This document shows, piece after piece, positions 9,388 through 17,832 of a DNA stretch of 64,000 nucleotides (its first letter is position 1; each line of letters begins with the position of its first letter). This DNA comes from an uncultured Acidobacteriota bacterium. Its GTDB lineage: Bacteria; Acidobacteriota; Terriglobia; Acidiferrales; UBA7541. Where the stretch lies: NCBI GenBank assembly GCA_963838475.1, contig CAWIRJ010000005.1, positions 35,520-99,519 of the forward strand, read 5' to 3'. The notes below the pieces were generated by a model that was not told where the DNA came from, did not search any database, and was given only the letters and a program-made list of their open reading frames with translations. The position numbers and the translations under genes were made by a program.

Positions 9388-11193
9388 CTAAACATCGAGA
9401 CCGATGGAGCGCATCAGTTGCAACGCATTGCTAGTTTGGACGATTCCATGGCTTAAATGATGATCGAACCGTAATTTGCCGTCTTCCAGGTGATCCTCAA
9501 AATGAAAATTCGCGCCGGTAGATCCTACGTCAACGGCGATTTCGGTGAGAGCCAGATCGTGCGTTGTAAGCAAGCCGATAGCTCCTCGCTTCAACAAATT
9601 CCTGACGACAGCTTCGGCGCCAATGCGACGGTCGTGCGAATTTGTGCCTTGAAGTAATTCGTCTAACAAGAACAGGACGGGCATGGCTCCGTCGGTCAAA
9701 TCCGAGATAACTTTCAGGCGCGTGATTTCGGCGTAGAACCGGGAGATTCCACCCTGCAGCGAATCTAGTACGCAAACGGAAGCGCCCACGGCGAGCGGAG
9801 AAAGCCGGAGTTGGTGCGCCCGAACTGGTGCGCCACATTGAGCGAGAACTGCGTTGATTCCTATCGAGCGGATAAAGGTGCTTTTCCCAGCCATGTTGGG
9901 GCCGCTGATAATAATGAGTCGCAGATTTCGTCCGAGAGTCAGATCGTTTCTGACAGCGCGATTTTCGGGGATCAACGGATGCGCGAGACCTTCCGCCTCA
10001 AAAAGAGCGGGTTCATCGGTGAACTCGGGGAAAACATCTTGGGGATGTTCGTAGGAATAGCCCGCGAGATCCAGAAGGGATTCAATTTCACCCAAGGCCG
10101 CGAGCCAACGGCGGATAGCGGTCCCGAACTTTGCTTGCCAGGCTTCGATACTAAGCGTCCATTGCAAACTCCAAAACACGAATGGATCGATGGCCTGCAA
10201 GGCGAGATGGCGTCGGGAAACCAGGAAATCCACGCGGCGATTCAAGGTGGCGATAGAGCACGATGCGACTAGGTCGTCCCGCTGAAGTACGGAATGAAGG
10301 GCCTTCAGTTTCGGTGCGGCGAAAGATTCTCGTTCAACGCGCGCAAGGACTTGCGAGAGCAATTTTAGGTCTTTGGCGGATTGCTCGATTGCGGAAGCGC
10401 TCTTCGAAGTACGTTCGCGAAATTTCAACATTATTGCCAGGTTCACGACGGAGATCACCAAGGCGGGGTATCTAACGCTAGAAACGGACCACGCAACTAA
10501 ACTGCCAATCCAAAGAATAGCGAGGATAGGCAAAACTATTCGCAGTAGTCCGGGTGAGAGCGTCTGAGAATCTTCTCCCCATGCGACCAATGCTTCCGGT
10601 TGGACGCCTGACCGAAAGTCCTTTCCCAATACAGAAAGGTCTTCGCGCAGATCGAGACGTGTCTTCAATTCAGTGACGGCTTCGTTCCGGAGCTGAACCT
10701 CTTTCGGTGACGCGGGAAAGAGTAGCCACTGAGCCAGAGTTTCTTCGCCCGCCCGCGTCCGCGCAGTGCAAAGCAATTCGAACAATGATCCCGTACCAAA
10801 AATATCCAGATCACGCGCGTAGGGATGCGAGGGGTCAGAAAAACGATCGCCGGTTTCTCCGATTCCCATCCATTTGTTATCGAGGCGCGCCAGTGCGCGT
10901 TCGTAAAATGCCTTCCTGCGTGAACAAATGCGAATCGTGCGAATCACACGTTCGTGAAAGATCGCGAAGAAAGTCAGTACGCCGAGAGGAAGCAGAACCC
11001 AATAAATGGCGCTGATCCTAGAGATGAGGAGCCACGCCGCCGACACCAGTGAGATTCCGAGAAAAAGCAATGTTGCGACTCCGAGCGTGCCGGAGGTCCG
11101 CTTAGAGCGGCACTCGGCCTCTCGCAGCGCATTTAAACGCCGATGGTATTCAGCCGCCGGATTGTGGGGAGCTGTAGACGAATCGATTGGCAT
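9388..11193 (-). CDS. MutS-family ATPase with membrane-spanning segments (MutS domain III/V only; no mismatch-binding or Smr domain)
   Basis: C-terminal MutS ABC-ATPase with Walker A GPNMAGKST, Walker B LFLLDELLQGT and TTHD. Hydrophobic helix pairs near residues 37-80 and 215-255. Confidence 0.85.
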   Translation of the reverse strand: MPIDSSTAPHNPAAEYHRRLNALREAECRSKRTSGTLGVATLLFLGISLVSAAWLLISRISAIYWVLLPLGVLTFFAIFHERVIRTIRICSRRKAFYERALARLDNKWMGIGETGDRFSDPSHPYARDLDIFGTGSLFELLCTARTRAGEETLAQWLLFPASPKEVQLRNEAVTELKTRLDLREDLSVLGKDFRSGVQPEALVAWGEDSQTLSPGLLRIVLPILAILWIGSLVAWSVSSVRYPALVISVVNLAIMLKFRERTSKSASAIEQSAKDLKLLSQVLARVERESFAAPKLKALHSVLQRDDLVASCSIATLNRRVDFLVSRRHLALQAIDPFVFWSLQWTLSIEAWQAKFGTAIRRWLAALGEIESLLDLAGYSYEHPQDVFPEFTDEPALFEAEGLAHPLIPENRAVRNDLTLGRNLRLIIISGPNMAGKSTFIRSIGINAVLAQCGAPVRAHQLRLSPLAVGASVCVLDSLQGGISRFYAEITRLKVISDLTDGAMPVLFLLDELLQGTNSHDRRIGAEAVVRNLLKRGAIGLLTTHDLALTEIAVDVGSTGANFHFEDHLEDGKLRFDHHLSHGIVQTSNALQLMRSIGLDV

Positions 11194-11226
11194 GATCGAG
11201 CTAATGAAAACTGAGCGGTATAGAAG

Positions 11227-11239
11227 AACTTGTCAAGTT
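11227..11239. promoter_or_regulatory. Perfect palindrome AACTTG-T-CAAGTT in the MutS-like/lexA divergent region (candidate operator)
   Basis: 6-bp arms with a 1-nt centre, 33 nt upstream of the MutS-like ATG. Function unproven. Confidence 0.3.
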
Positions 11240-11270
11240 TATAGGCAAGGACAGGATTACAGGCCCGGGA

Positions 11271-11292
11271 AAGTACACTGACCGGAAGTACT
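11271..11292. promoter_or_regulatory. AAGTAC direct repeat / AGTAC-N11-GTACT inverted repeat upstream of lexA (candidate operator)
   Basis: AAGTAC at 11271-11276 and 11286-11291, about 60-80 nt upstream of the lexA ATG. No GTTC-N7-GTTC box is present. Confidence 0.3.
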
Positions 11293-11350
11293 ATTGACTT
11301 TCGCTTTTGATTCGCCCACACTTGCTATGCTAGCGGCCATAGGGGGTCGG

Positions 11351-11974
11351 ATGACACTCACGAAGAGGCAGAAAGAAGTGCTGGATTACCTGGTTGGATT
11401 CCTCAACAAAAACGGCTATTCGCCGAGTTTCGAGGAAATCGCGAACTCGCTGAAGCTCACCTCCCTGGCGACGGTGCACAAGCATCTTTCCACCCTCGAA
11501 AAAAAAGGTTTCATTCGCCGCGGCTACAACCAGAGCCGGTCGATCGAGGTGATGCAGCTCCCCAAGCCGATCCGCGAACAAGTATTGGAACGCCACGTAG
11601 TCGAATTGCCCCTGGCCGGGCGTATAGCGGCCGGACGACCTCTAGAAGCTGTGGAAGAACACGAGACAATCTCCCTGGCGGACTTCGCGCGCGGCCAAAA
11701 CACGTATGTTTTACAGGTGTCGGGCGAATCGATGCGCGATGACCATATTCTGGATGGGGATTTTATTGTGGTGGAGCAGACGCAGGTAGCCAATCCCGGC
11801 GAGATTGTAGTTGCGCTGGTGGGAGAAGATCAAGCTACCGTGAAACGATTTTACCGCGAGCCCGGTGGCAAGATCAGACTGCAGCCCGCCAATTCTCAAA
11901 TGTCCCCAATCATCGTTCAGGCTACCGACGTGAAGATCCAAGGCCGCGTTGTGGGCGTGCTTCGTAAATATTAG
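11351..11974 (+). CDS. lexA: LexA repressor (S24 autopeptidase)
   Basis: Winged-helix N-terminus (LTKRQKEVLDYL), AG cleavage site (RIAAGRP), Ser (SGESM) and Lys (VKRF) catalytic dyad. ATG 11351 follows AGGGGG. The ORF-track TTG at 11294 is probably an over-extension. Confidence 0.93.
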   Translation: MTLTKRQKEVLDYLVGFLNKNGYSPSFEEIANSLKLTSLATVHKHLSTLEKKGFIRRGYNQSRSIEVMQLPKPIREQVLERHVVELPLAGRIAAGRPLEAVEEHETISLADFARGQNTYVLQVSGESMRDDHILDGDFIVVEQTQVANPGEIVVALVGEDQATVKRFYREPGGKIRLQPANSQMSPIIVQATDVKIQGRVVGVLRKY

Positions 11975-11994
11975 TCTGCTAAAATTCGCCTCCT

Positions 11995-12510
11995 ATGGGT
12001 CTACCTCAGCGGACGGAGGCGGCTCCGTTTTATTTCACCTACATTGACAGAATCAGCGGCGACAACATTCTGGAAACGATGAGGGGGCAGTTAGACGATA
12101 CCTTTGAACTCCTTTCGGGGATCTCCGAGGAACGATCTCTTTATCGTTATAGTCCCGACAAATGGAGCATTCGCCAGGTAATGAATCACGTGAATGATGC
12201 GGAACGAGTGTTTGCGTTTCGCGCGATTTGGTTTGCACGGGGTTTTAACGACCCATTGCCAAGCTTCGAACAAAATGTTGCATCTAACGCCGCTCAGGCA
12301 GACGAGCATTCGTTGGCTAGTTATTCCGAGGAGTTTCGACATATTCGCGAAGCGAGTCTTTCCCTCTTTCGGAATCTGCCGACCGAAGCGTGGACACGAA
12401 CCGGGGTGGCCAGCGGGAATTCCGTAACGGTGAATGCGTTGGCCTACATAATTGCAGGGCATGTGGCGCACCATGTCACCATCCTGCGAGAACGTTACCT
12501 GTTAGGTTAG
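11995..12510 (+). CDS. DinB/YfiT-like (DinB_2 superfamily) putative metal-dependent protein
   Basis: 171 aa four-helix-bundle-type sequence with conserved His residues (NHVNDAER...GHVAHH). Lies 20 nt after lexA on the same strand. Confidence 0.7.
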   Translation: MGLPQRTEAAPFYFTYIDRISGDNILETMRGQLDDTFELLSGISEERSLYRYSPDKWSIRQVMNHVNDAERVFAFRAIWFARGFNDPLPSFEQNVASNAAQADEHSLASYSEEFRHIREASLSLFRNLPTEAWTRTGVASGNSVTVNALAYIIAGHVAHHVTILRERYLLG

Positions 12511-12716
12511 CTGCGATCGAGTTTCAAAACGCGCTTGCAGTTTGCCAGTCGCGGGCTTAACATCCATTTCCCCAGCTTTACAAGCACGCGTTACCTCAAG
12601 GGACACAACTGTACCATTTTGGATTTGGCTTACGTTTTAACTGGGACTACATTGAGAAACCAGTCCTTATTTATTGATTGATAGTCCAGCGGCAAAAAAG
12701 GGGCCAAGGAGGGTAA

Positions 12717-13295
12717 ATGTGGGGAGACAAGAAAGCGGACGCTCCGGCAAAGGGTCCGCTCCCGCAGCAACAACCGCAACAGCAGTCGCCAAAATCTACC
12801 GCGCCAGCCGAAAGGCCGGCAACATTTCCTGGGGAGGCTAAGACTATGGCACCTATCGATTCAACGTACCCTGCAACATCTTCATCGTCATCGAGCGGTT
12901 TGGCAAGGCTCGGTGCAACGCTTCACGTGAAGGGTGAAATTACCGGCAACGAGGATCTGCATATCGATGGCACGGTTGAAGGGCTCGTACAACTGGAAGA
13001 CCGCAAACTGACCGTCGGGGCCAGCGCCAAGGTGACCGCAGACATCATAGCTCGGGAAGTGGTGGTTTACGGCAACGTAAAAGGAAATTTGCGAGCGCGC
13101 GATCGCATAGAGATCAAGAAGGACGGGTCGGTTGTTGGCGATCTGACCACTGCGCGAATCATGATCGAAGACGGAGCTTACTTTAAGGGCTCGATCGAAA
13201 TTGACAAGACGGGAGACGCGGGCGACAGCGACTCGAAAGCTGCGTATACTCGAAATGCTCGCAGCACCGCGGCAACATCTTCGTCCGTTAGCTAG
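12717..13295 (+). CDS. Bactofilin-family cytoskeletal protein
   Basis: Central beta-helical DUF583-type repeats (VKGEITGNEDLHIDGTVEG...VYGNVKGNL...GSVVGDL) flanked by low-complexity Pro/Gln/Ser termini. AAGGAGGG Shine-Dalgarno. Confidence 0.88.
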   Translation: MWGDKKADAPAKGPLPQQQPQQQSPKSTAPAERPATFPGEAKTMAPIDSTYPATSSSSSSGLARLGATLHVKGEITGNEDLHIDGTVEGLVQLEDRKLTVGASAKVTADIIAREVVVYGNVKGNLRARDRIEIKKDGSVVGDLTTARIMIEDGAYFKGSIEIDKTGDAGDSDSKAAYTRNARSTAATSSSVS

Positions 13296-13359
13296 GAAAA
13301 GAACGATCTGCGACGTGCTGGCATGGCACGCGCAGCAAGCTCGAAACTCTCCGATATTG

Positions 13360-13396
13360 CGGAGGGCCGCGCTTTACGGCCCTCCGGCGTTTCTTC
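13360..13396 (+). terminator. Intrinsic terminator after the bactofilin gene
   Basis: CGGAGGGCCG (13360-13369) pairs with CGGCCCTCCG (13377-13386) around a 7-nt loop, followed by a T-rich tract (GCGTTTCTTCT). Confidence 0.6.
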
Positions 13397-13443
13397 TGGC
13401 GCGGGTAACAAAGTCGATCTCGTGTTTTCCTCTCTGACTTCCG

Positions 13444-13472
13444 TTGACAGAAATCGCTTCGTAATCTAAACT
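13444..13472 (+). promoter_or_regulatory. Sigma70-type promoter for rplM-rpsI
   Basis: TTGACA (13444-13449), 17 nt, TAAACT (13467-13472), about 40 nt upstream of rplM. Confidence 0.6.
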
Positions 13473-13510
13473 CGTGGTTTGCCTTTAGATGGAAAGGTGT
13501 GACTGGACTG

Positions 13511-13960
13511 ATGCAGACGCATATACCAAAGGGCCGTGAGGCCGAAGACTTACAAGTTGGAAAGAATTGGTTCGTAGTGGATGCCGAGGGAGTGGTCCTT
13601 GGCCGGCTTGCAACGCGAATCGCGCGCATGTTGATTGGTAAGGACAAGCCAAATTACACTCCGCATCTCGATTGCGGCGATCATGTGGTGGTTATTAATG
13701 CAGAGCGTGTGAAGCTGACCGGAAACAAGATCGATCAGAAAATTTATCGTCACCATAGTGGTTTTCCCGGCGGACTGAAAGAAATTCCGATCCGGGTGAT
13801 GTTGCAACGCCGTCCGGAAGAAGTTGTGCGCGAAGCAGTGCTGGGAATGCTGCCCAAGAACAAGCTACGCGCGCGCCGGGCCAAGAAGCTGCGTGTTTAT
13901 GCCGGAAGTGAAGCGCTCGCCCGCCACGCCGGACAGAAGCCTCAGCAACTCGCGCTGTAA
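13511..13960 (+). CDS. rplM: 50S ribosomal protein L13
   Basis: WFVVDAEGVVLGRLATRIARML and the L13 core. Start is ATG 13511, or alternatively GTG 13499 as in the ORF track. Confidence 0.95.
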   Translation: MQTHIPKGREAEDLQVGKNWFVVDAEGVVLGRLATRIARMLIGKDKPNYTPHLDCGDHVVVINAERVKLTGNKIDQKIYRHHSGFPGGLKEIPIRVMLQRRPEEVVREAVLGMLPKNKLRARRAKKLRVYAGSEALARHAGQKPQQLAL

Positions 13961-14084
13961 CCACGAAACAGTGTTTTAGAATTCTGTGCCCAGCGGAAAG
14001 TGCTGCTACGGGCGCACTTGTGACGCGTCTCTCTCCTGTAGTAGGCGAAGGCGTTTCCTGTAGAAGAATTGAGGAGGAGGAACT

Positions 14085-14507
14085 TTGAGTTCAGCTTCGA
14101 GCCCAGTTTCGAGTAATGCCGGGAAGCAGTTCTATGGTACCGGCCGACGCCGAGAATCCATCGCGCGCGTTTACATTAAGATGGGGCCAGCGCGATTTAC
14201 CGTGAATGGCCGTCCAGTCGATGAATATTTTCGGAATATCGCGTGGCACACGGCCGCAGTGGAACCCTTGAAGTTCACCCAGATGCAGGATCAGATCGAA
14301 GTGAAGTGCGTCGTGAAAGGCGGCGGGGTTGGCGGTCAGTCCGGAGCCGTGCGCATGGGGCTCTCTCGCGCGCTTTCGAGAATCAATCCTGAGCTGCGGC
14401 CTGCGCTGCGCAAGAACGGGTTTTTGACGCGCGATTCGCGCATGAAGGAACGCAAGAAGTACGGGCAAAAGGGAGCCCGTCGCCGCTTCCAGTACAGCAA
14501 GCGCTAG
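14085..14507 (+). CDS. rpsI: 30S ribosomal protein S9
   Basis: C-terminal ...[11 protein letters not shown] signature. TTG start directly after GAGGAGGAGG. Confidence 0.95.
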   Translation: MSSASSPVSSNAGKQFYGTGRRRESIARVYIKMGPARFTVNGRPVDEYFRNIAWHTAAVEPLKFTQMQDQIEVKCVVKGGGVGGQSGAVRMGLSRALSRINPELRPALRKNGFLTRDSRMKERKKYGQKGARRRFQYSKR

Positions 14508-14632
14508 TTTTTTTGCGGCCGGGCTCGAGCAATCGGGCCCAGCCGAAATTCACGGCCGGGAAGGACCGGCAAAAAAGGATGCTGCTCCGATCCGTCGCGG
14601 AGAAAAAGCACCCCTCTACAGGAGGAGGTACA
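14508..14632 (+). promoter_or_regulatory. GC-rich structured leader upstream of rpsB (possible autoregulatory 5' UTR)
   Basis: TTTTTTGC (14509-14516) can pair with GCAAAAAA (14569-14576). The enclosed region has a direct CGGCCGGG repeat (14516-14523, 14553-14560) and a GGGCCC palindrome. Confidence 0.3.
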
Positions 14633-15520
14633 TTGGGAGTCGAAATCACGATGAAAGAGCTTCTGGAGGCCGGCGTTCACTTCGGCCATCAGACGCGGCG
14701 CTGGAACCCGAAGATGAAGGAATACATTTTCGGCGAACGAAACGGTATACACATTATTGATCTGCAGAAGACCTTAAAGATGTTCCGCGATGCGGCCCGT
14801 TATGTTTCCGAACTCGCCGGACAAGGCAAACGAATCCTCTTCCTCGGAACGAAACGCCAGGCACAGGAAGCTATCGCAGAAGAAGCCAATCGTTGCGGCA
14901 TGTTTTATGTGAACCACCGCTGGTTGGGCGGCACGCTGACGAACTGGGCCACGCTACAAAAATCCATCAAGCGCCTAAAGTTGCTAAAGGGCATGGTGGA
15001 AGATGGCCGTATGGCGCAATTTTCAAAGAAGGAAGCGGCGCGGCTCGAACGTGAATTGAAACATCTGCAACAGAATTTTTCGGGCGTCGAGAATATGACG
15101 ACATTGCCAGATGCCATGTTCGTGATCGACCCTAATGCCGAAATGATCGCAGTGCGCGAAGCCAGACGCATGGGTATTCCGGTGGTGGCCATCGTGGACA
15201 CGAATTGCGACCCTAATGTGGTGGACTGGGTCATTCCAGGAAACGACGATGCATTGCGCGCGATCCGGCTCTTTACATCAAAAATTTCCGACGCGGTTAT
15301 TGTTGGGCATCAATCGTTTGAGCAAACACAAATCGCTGACCAGAAAACTTCCGAGGGTGCCGGCGAAGAGACTGTCGATTACGTAGATACGAGCGCTTAT
15401 GAAGTTTACGAAAAGCAGGAAGGCGATTTCGTAGAACCTGATGCCGAGCCGCCCCTTGAGGCGAACGCTGCAGCCGCGGGAGAAGAAGATTCTGTGGCTG
15501 AAACGCCGCACAAGCAGTAA
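14633..15520 (+). CDS. rpsB: 30S ribosomal protein S2 (acidic C-terminal extension)
   Basis: [22 protein letters not shown] motif. TTG 14633 sits 5 nt after AGGAGGAGG (alt ATG 14651). The ORF-track start at 14513 is over-extended. Confidence 0.95.
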   Translation: MGVEITMKELLEAGVHFGHQTRRWNPKMKEYIFGERNGIHIIDLQKTLKMFRDAARYVSELAGQGKRILFLGTKRQAQEAIAEEANRCGMFYVNHRWLGGTLTNWATLQKSIKRLKLLKGMVEDGRMAQFSKKEAARLERELKHLQQNFSGVENMTTLPDAMFVIDPNAEMIAVREARRMGIPVVAIVDTNCDPNVVDWVIPGNDDALRAIRLFTSKISDAVIVGHQSFEQTQIADQKTSEGAGEETVDYVDTSAYEVYEKQEGDFVEPDAEPPLEANAAAAGEEDSVAETPHKQ

Positions 15521-15575
15521 AACCGACCTTAGTTCAGGCGGACTACCCAAATCTATTGAAGAGGAAAAGAATCGG

Positions 15576-16250
15576 ATGGCAACACCTGGAAATTCAAACA
15601 TCTCTGCTCAACTGGTGAAAGAGTTGCGGGATCGTACCGGCGCAGGATTTACCGCATGCCGCGAAGCCTTGCTTGAGTCCAAGGGTGACATTGAGCAGGC
15701 CATCAACATTCTCCGGAAGAAGGGGCAAGCCGCGGCGGCTAAGAAATCGCAGCGTGCCACGTCCGAGGGTTTGGTTAGTTCCTACATTCACGCGGGTGGG
15801 AAAATTGGTGTGCTGGTGGAGATGAATTGCGAAAGCGACTTCGTCGCGCGCACAGCTGACTTTCAGCGTTTATGCCACGACGTTGCGATGCATATCGCCG
15901 CGCTCGATCCCCGATTTTTGCGCCGGGAGGAAGTAACGCAGGCAACACTCGATCGCGAGCGCGACATTTACAAGGAACAGGCGAAAGCGACCGGTAAGCC
16001 CGAAAACGTGATCGATAAGATCGTCAGCGGTAAGATGGAAAAATTCTACGAAGAAAACTGCCTTTACGAACAGCACTTCATAAAGGATGAGGGCTTGACC
16101 GTGAAGGAGTTAGTTGATCAAGCCATTGCCAAACTGGGCGAAAACATTGCCATTCGCCGATTTTCACGTTTCAAGGTCGGCGAAATGGACGGCTCCACGT
16201 CGGCCATGGGAACCACTACGGAAGCGGACTCGCCTAACCCGTCGTCTTAG
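15576..16250 (+). CDS. tsf: Elongation factor Ts
   Basis: [27 protein letters not shown]-like N-terminus and the EF-Ts core. ATG 15576 is the likely start and the ORF-track start at 15441 is over-extended. Confidence 0.95.
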   Translation: MATPGNSNISAQLVKELRDRTGAGFTACREALLESKGDIEQAINILRKKGQAAAAKKSQRATSEGLVSSYIHAGGKIGVLVEMNCESDFVARTADFQRLCHDVAMHIAALDPRFLRREEVTQATLDRERDIYKEQAKATGKPENVIDKIVSGKMEKFYEENCLYEQHFIKDEGLTVKELVDQAIAKLGENIAIRRFSRFKVGEMDGSTSAMGTTTEADSPNPSS

Positions 16251-16264
16251 AGCTTTTCTCGTAT

Positions 16265-16291
16265 AAACAAACTGAGCGGTTCTTTGTTTTT
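16265..16291 (+). terminator. Weak AT-rich hairpin plus T-run after tsf
   Basis: AAACAAA (16265-16271) pairs with TTTGTTT (16283-16289), followed by TT. Confidence 0.35.
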
Positions 16292-16388
16292 GCATTTCCC
16301 AACCTTGCGGATGAAATCTTGCTCTGCGTTTAATACTGCGAAGATTCTCTGCTAGAATGCCACTGGCAAAAAGTCAGTTTGCCCCCGA

Positions 16389-17159
16389 ATGGCGAAAACA
16401 AAACTCATAGCACGCGAACCTTCTTCAGGAAAATTGACGATCGGCACGCCTGTTTACGACCGGCTGGTGTTGAAGCTTTCCGGCGAATCGCTGTCCGGCC
16501 CTCAAGATTCCGGCATTCATGCCGAGACGATCCAGGGGATTGCACGCGAAGTGAAGGAAGTCCAAGAGTTGGGAGTTTCCGTCGCGATTATGGTTGGCGG
16601 CGGCAATATTTTTCGGGGCACGCGCCAGAAACAGCTTGCGATCGACCGGGCTACGGGGGACTACATGGGCATGCTCGCGACCGTGATCAATGGGCTCGCG
16701 TTGCAGGATGCGCTTGAAAAATCAGGCTGCCAAACACGTCTGATGAGTGCGATCGAAATGCATCAAGTGGCCGAGCCTTTCATACGGCGCCGAGCAACAC
16801 GCCATCTGGAAAAGGGGCGCGTTGTAATTTTTGCGGCTGGAACTGGTAACCCATATTTTTCAACGGATACGGCCGCGGCGTTGCGCGCGATGGAAATCAA
16901 GGCCCAAGTGATTCTGAAGGCTACCCGGGTCGACGGCATTTATGACGCGGACCCCGAAAAAGTGGCGGACGCAAAAATGTTTCAGAGCATTACTTATCTG
17001 GACGTTTTGAAAAAAGGACTTATGGTAATGGATTCGACGGCGATTTCACTGTGCATGGACAACAAGATGCCGATCATCGTGTTCAATATGAACGTGCCGG
17101 GAAATCTGAAGCGCGTTGTGCTGGGCGAGCGAGTGGGCTCGGTCGTCACAGCCGCTTAA
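16389..17159 (+). CDS. pyrH: UMP kinase
   Basis: [18 protein letters not shown] and the amino-acid-kinase fold. Canonical position between tsf and frr. Confidence 0.95.
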   Translation: MAKTKLIAREPSSGKLTIGTPVYDRLVLKLSGESLSGPQDSGIHAETIQGIAREVKEVQELGVSVAIMVGGGNIFRGTRQKQLAIDRATGDYMGMLATVINGLALQDALEKSGCQTRLMSAIEMHQVAEPFIRRRATRHLEKGRVVIFAAGTGNPYFSTDTAAALRAMEIKAQVILKATRVDGIYDADPEKVADAKMFQSITYLDVLKKGLMVMDSTAISLCMDNKMPIIVFNMNVPGNLKRVVLGERVGSVVTAA

Positions 17160-17184
17160 AAATGCTGCGGAGGCAATTTCTCAG

Positions 17185-17760
17185 ATGACCACGATTGCAA
17201 CGAGCAAAGAGGCTCTAGCGCAAGCGAAGATCCGCATGGAGAAAGCGGTGGAAGATTTTCGCAAAGAATTGTCCGGAGTGCGCACGGGACGCGCGAACGT
17301 TTCGCTGCTGGATCATGTGCGCGTGGATTACCATGGCACTTCCATGCCGATCAATCAACTGGGCACTCTGAGTGTCCCGGATGCGACGATGATAATGATT
17401 TCTCCATGGGATACCAGCGCGGTTCCAATGATCGATAAAGCAATTCGTACTACGGACTTGGGACTGAATCCAACAAACGATGGCAAAGTGGTGCGTGTTC
17501 CGATTCCGCCACTCACTGAGGATCGTCGTAAAGACCTGGTGAAACACATTCACAAGGTTTTGGAGAATCATCGGACGGCGGTGCGAAACATCCGGCGCGA
17601 CATCAAAGAGGCGGTCGAGAAACTCGAAAAAGACAAGAAGATTAGCGAGGATGATCGTAAAAGATCACTCGACGAGCTTGAGAAGCTAACTCATTCAGAA
17701 ACCAAGAAAATCGAAGATCTCTCGGCTTTGAAAGAAAAAGAAGTGATGGAGATTAAATAG
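17185..17760 (+). CDS. frr: Ribosome recycling factor
   Basis: RTGRANVSLLDHVRVDYHG and a C-terminal coiled-coil. ATG 17185 follows GCGGAGG. The ORF-track start at 17116 overlaps pyrH and is over-extended. Confidence 0.95.
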   Translation: MTTIATSKEALAQAKIRMEKAVEDFRKELSGVRTGRANVSLLDHVRVDYHGTSMPINQLGTLSVPDATMIMISPWDTSAVPMIDKAIRTTDLGLNPTNDGKVVRVPIPPLTEDRRKDLVKHIHKVLENHRTAVRNIRRDIKEAVEKLEKDKKISEDDRKRSLDELEKLTHSETKKIEDLSALKEKEVMEIK

Positions 17761-17832
17761 TCCAATCCGCAAATGCCAAGCCAGAGTCGTGAGAGCAATT
17801 CTGCGTATCCCATTCCAACGTCGTTCGAAATT

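Noticed and set aside
11194-11350. Expected GTTC-N7-GTTC LexA box (reported for Acidobacterium capsulatum and Alphaproteobacteria) upstream of lexA
   Set aside because: The region has no GTTC and only a single GAAC, so the direct-repeat box is absent. Other palindromes are listed as candidates only.
12511-12716. 206-nt intergenic region upstream of the bactofilin gene as a possible sRNA or riboswitch
   Set aside because: It has only a short 5-bp hairpin and no terminator or recognisable motif. It is most simply a promoter and 5' UTR.
14513-14632. N-terminal extensions of ORF-track entries for rpsB (14513), rpsL (21704), tsf (15441), frr (17116), adk (37585), map (38282), lexA (11294), M61 (44708) and DUF4097 (59015)
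   Set aside because: The conserved protein N-termini, together with strong Shine-Dalgarno sites, lie at internal start codons. The extra upstream residues are non-conserved and often overlap the preceding gene.
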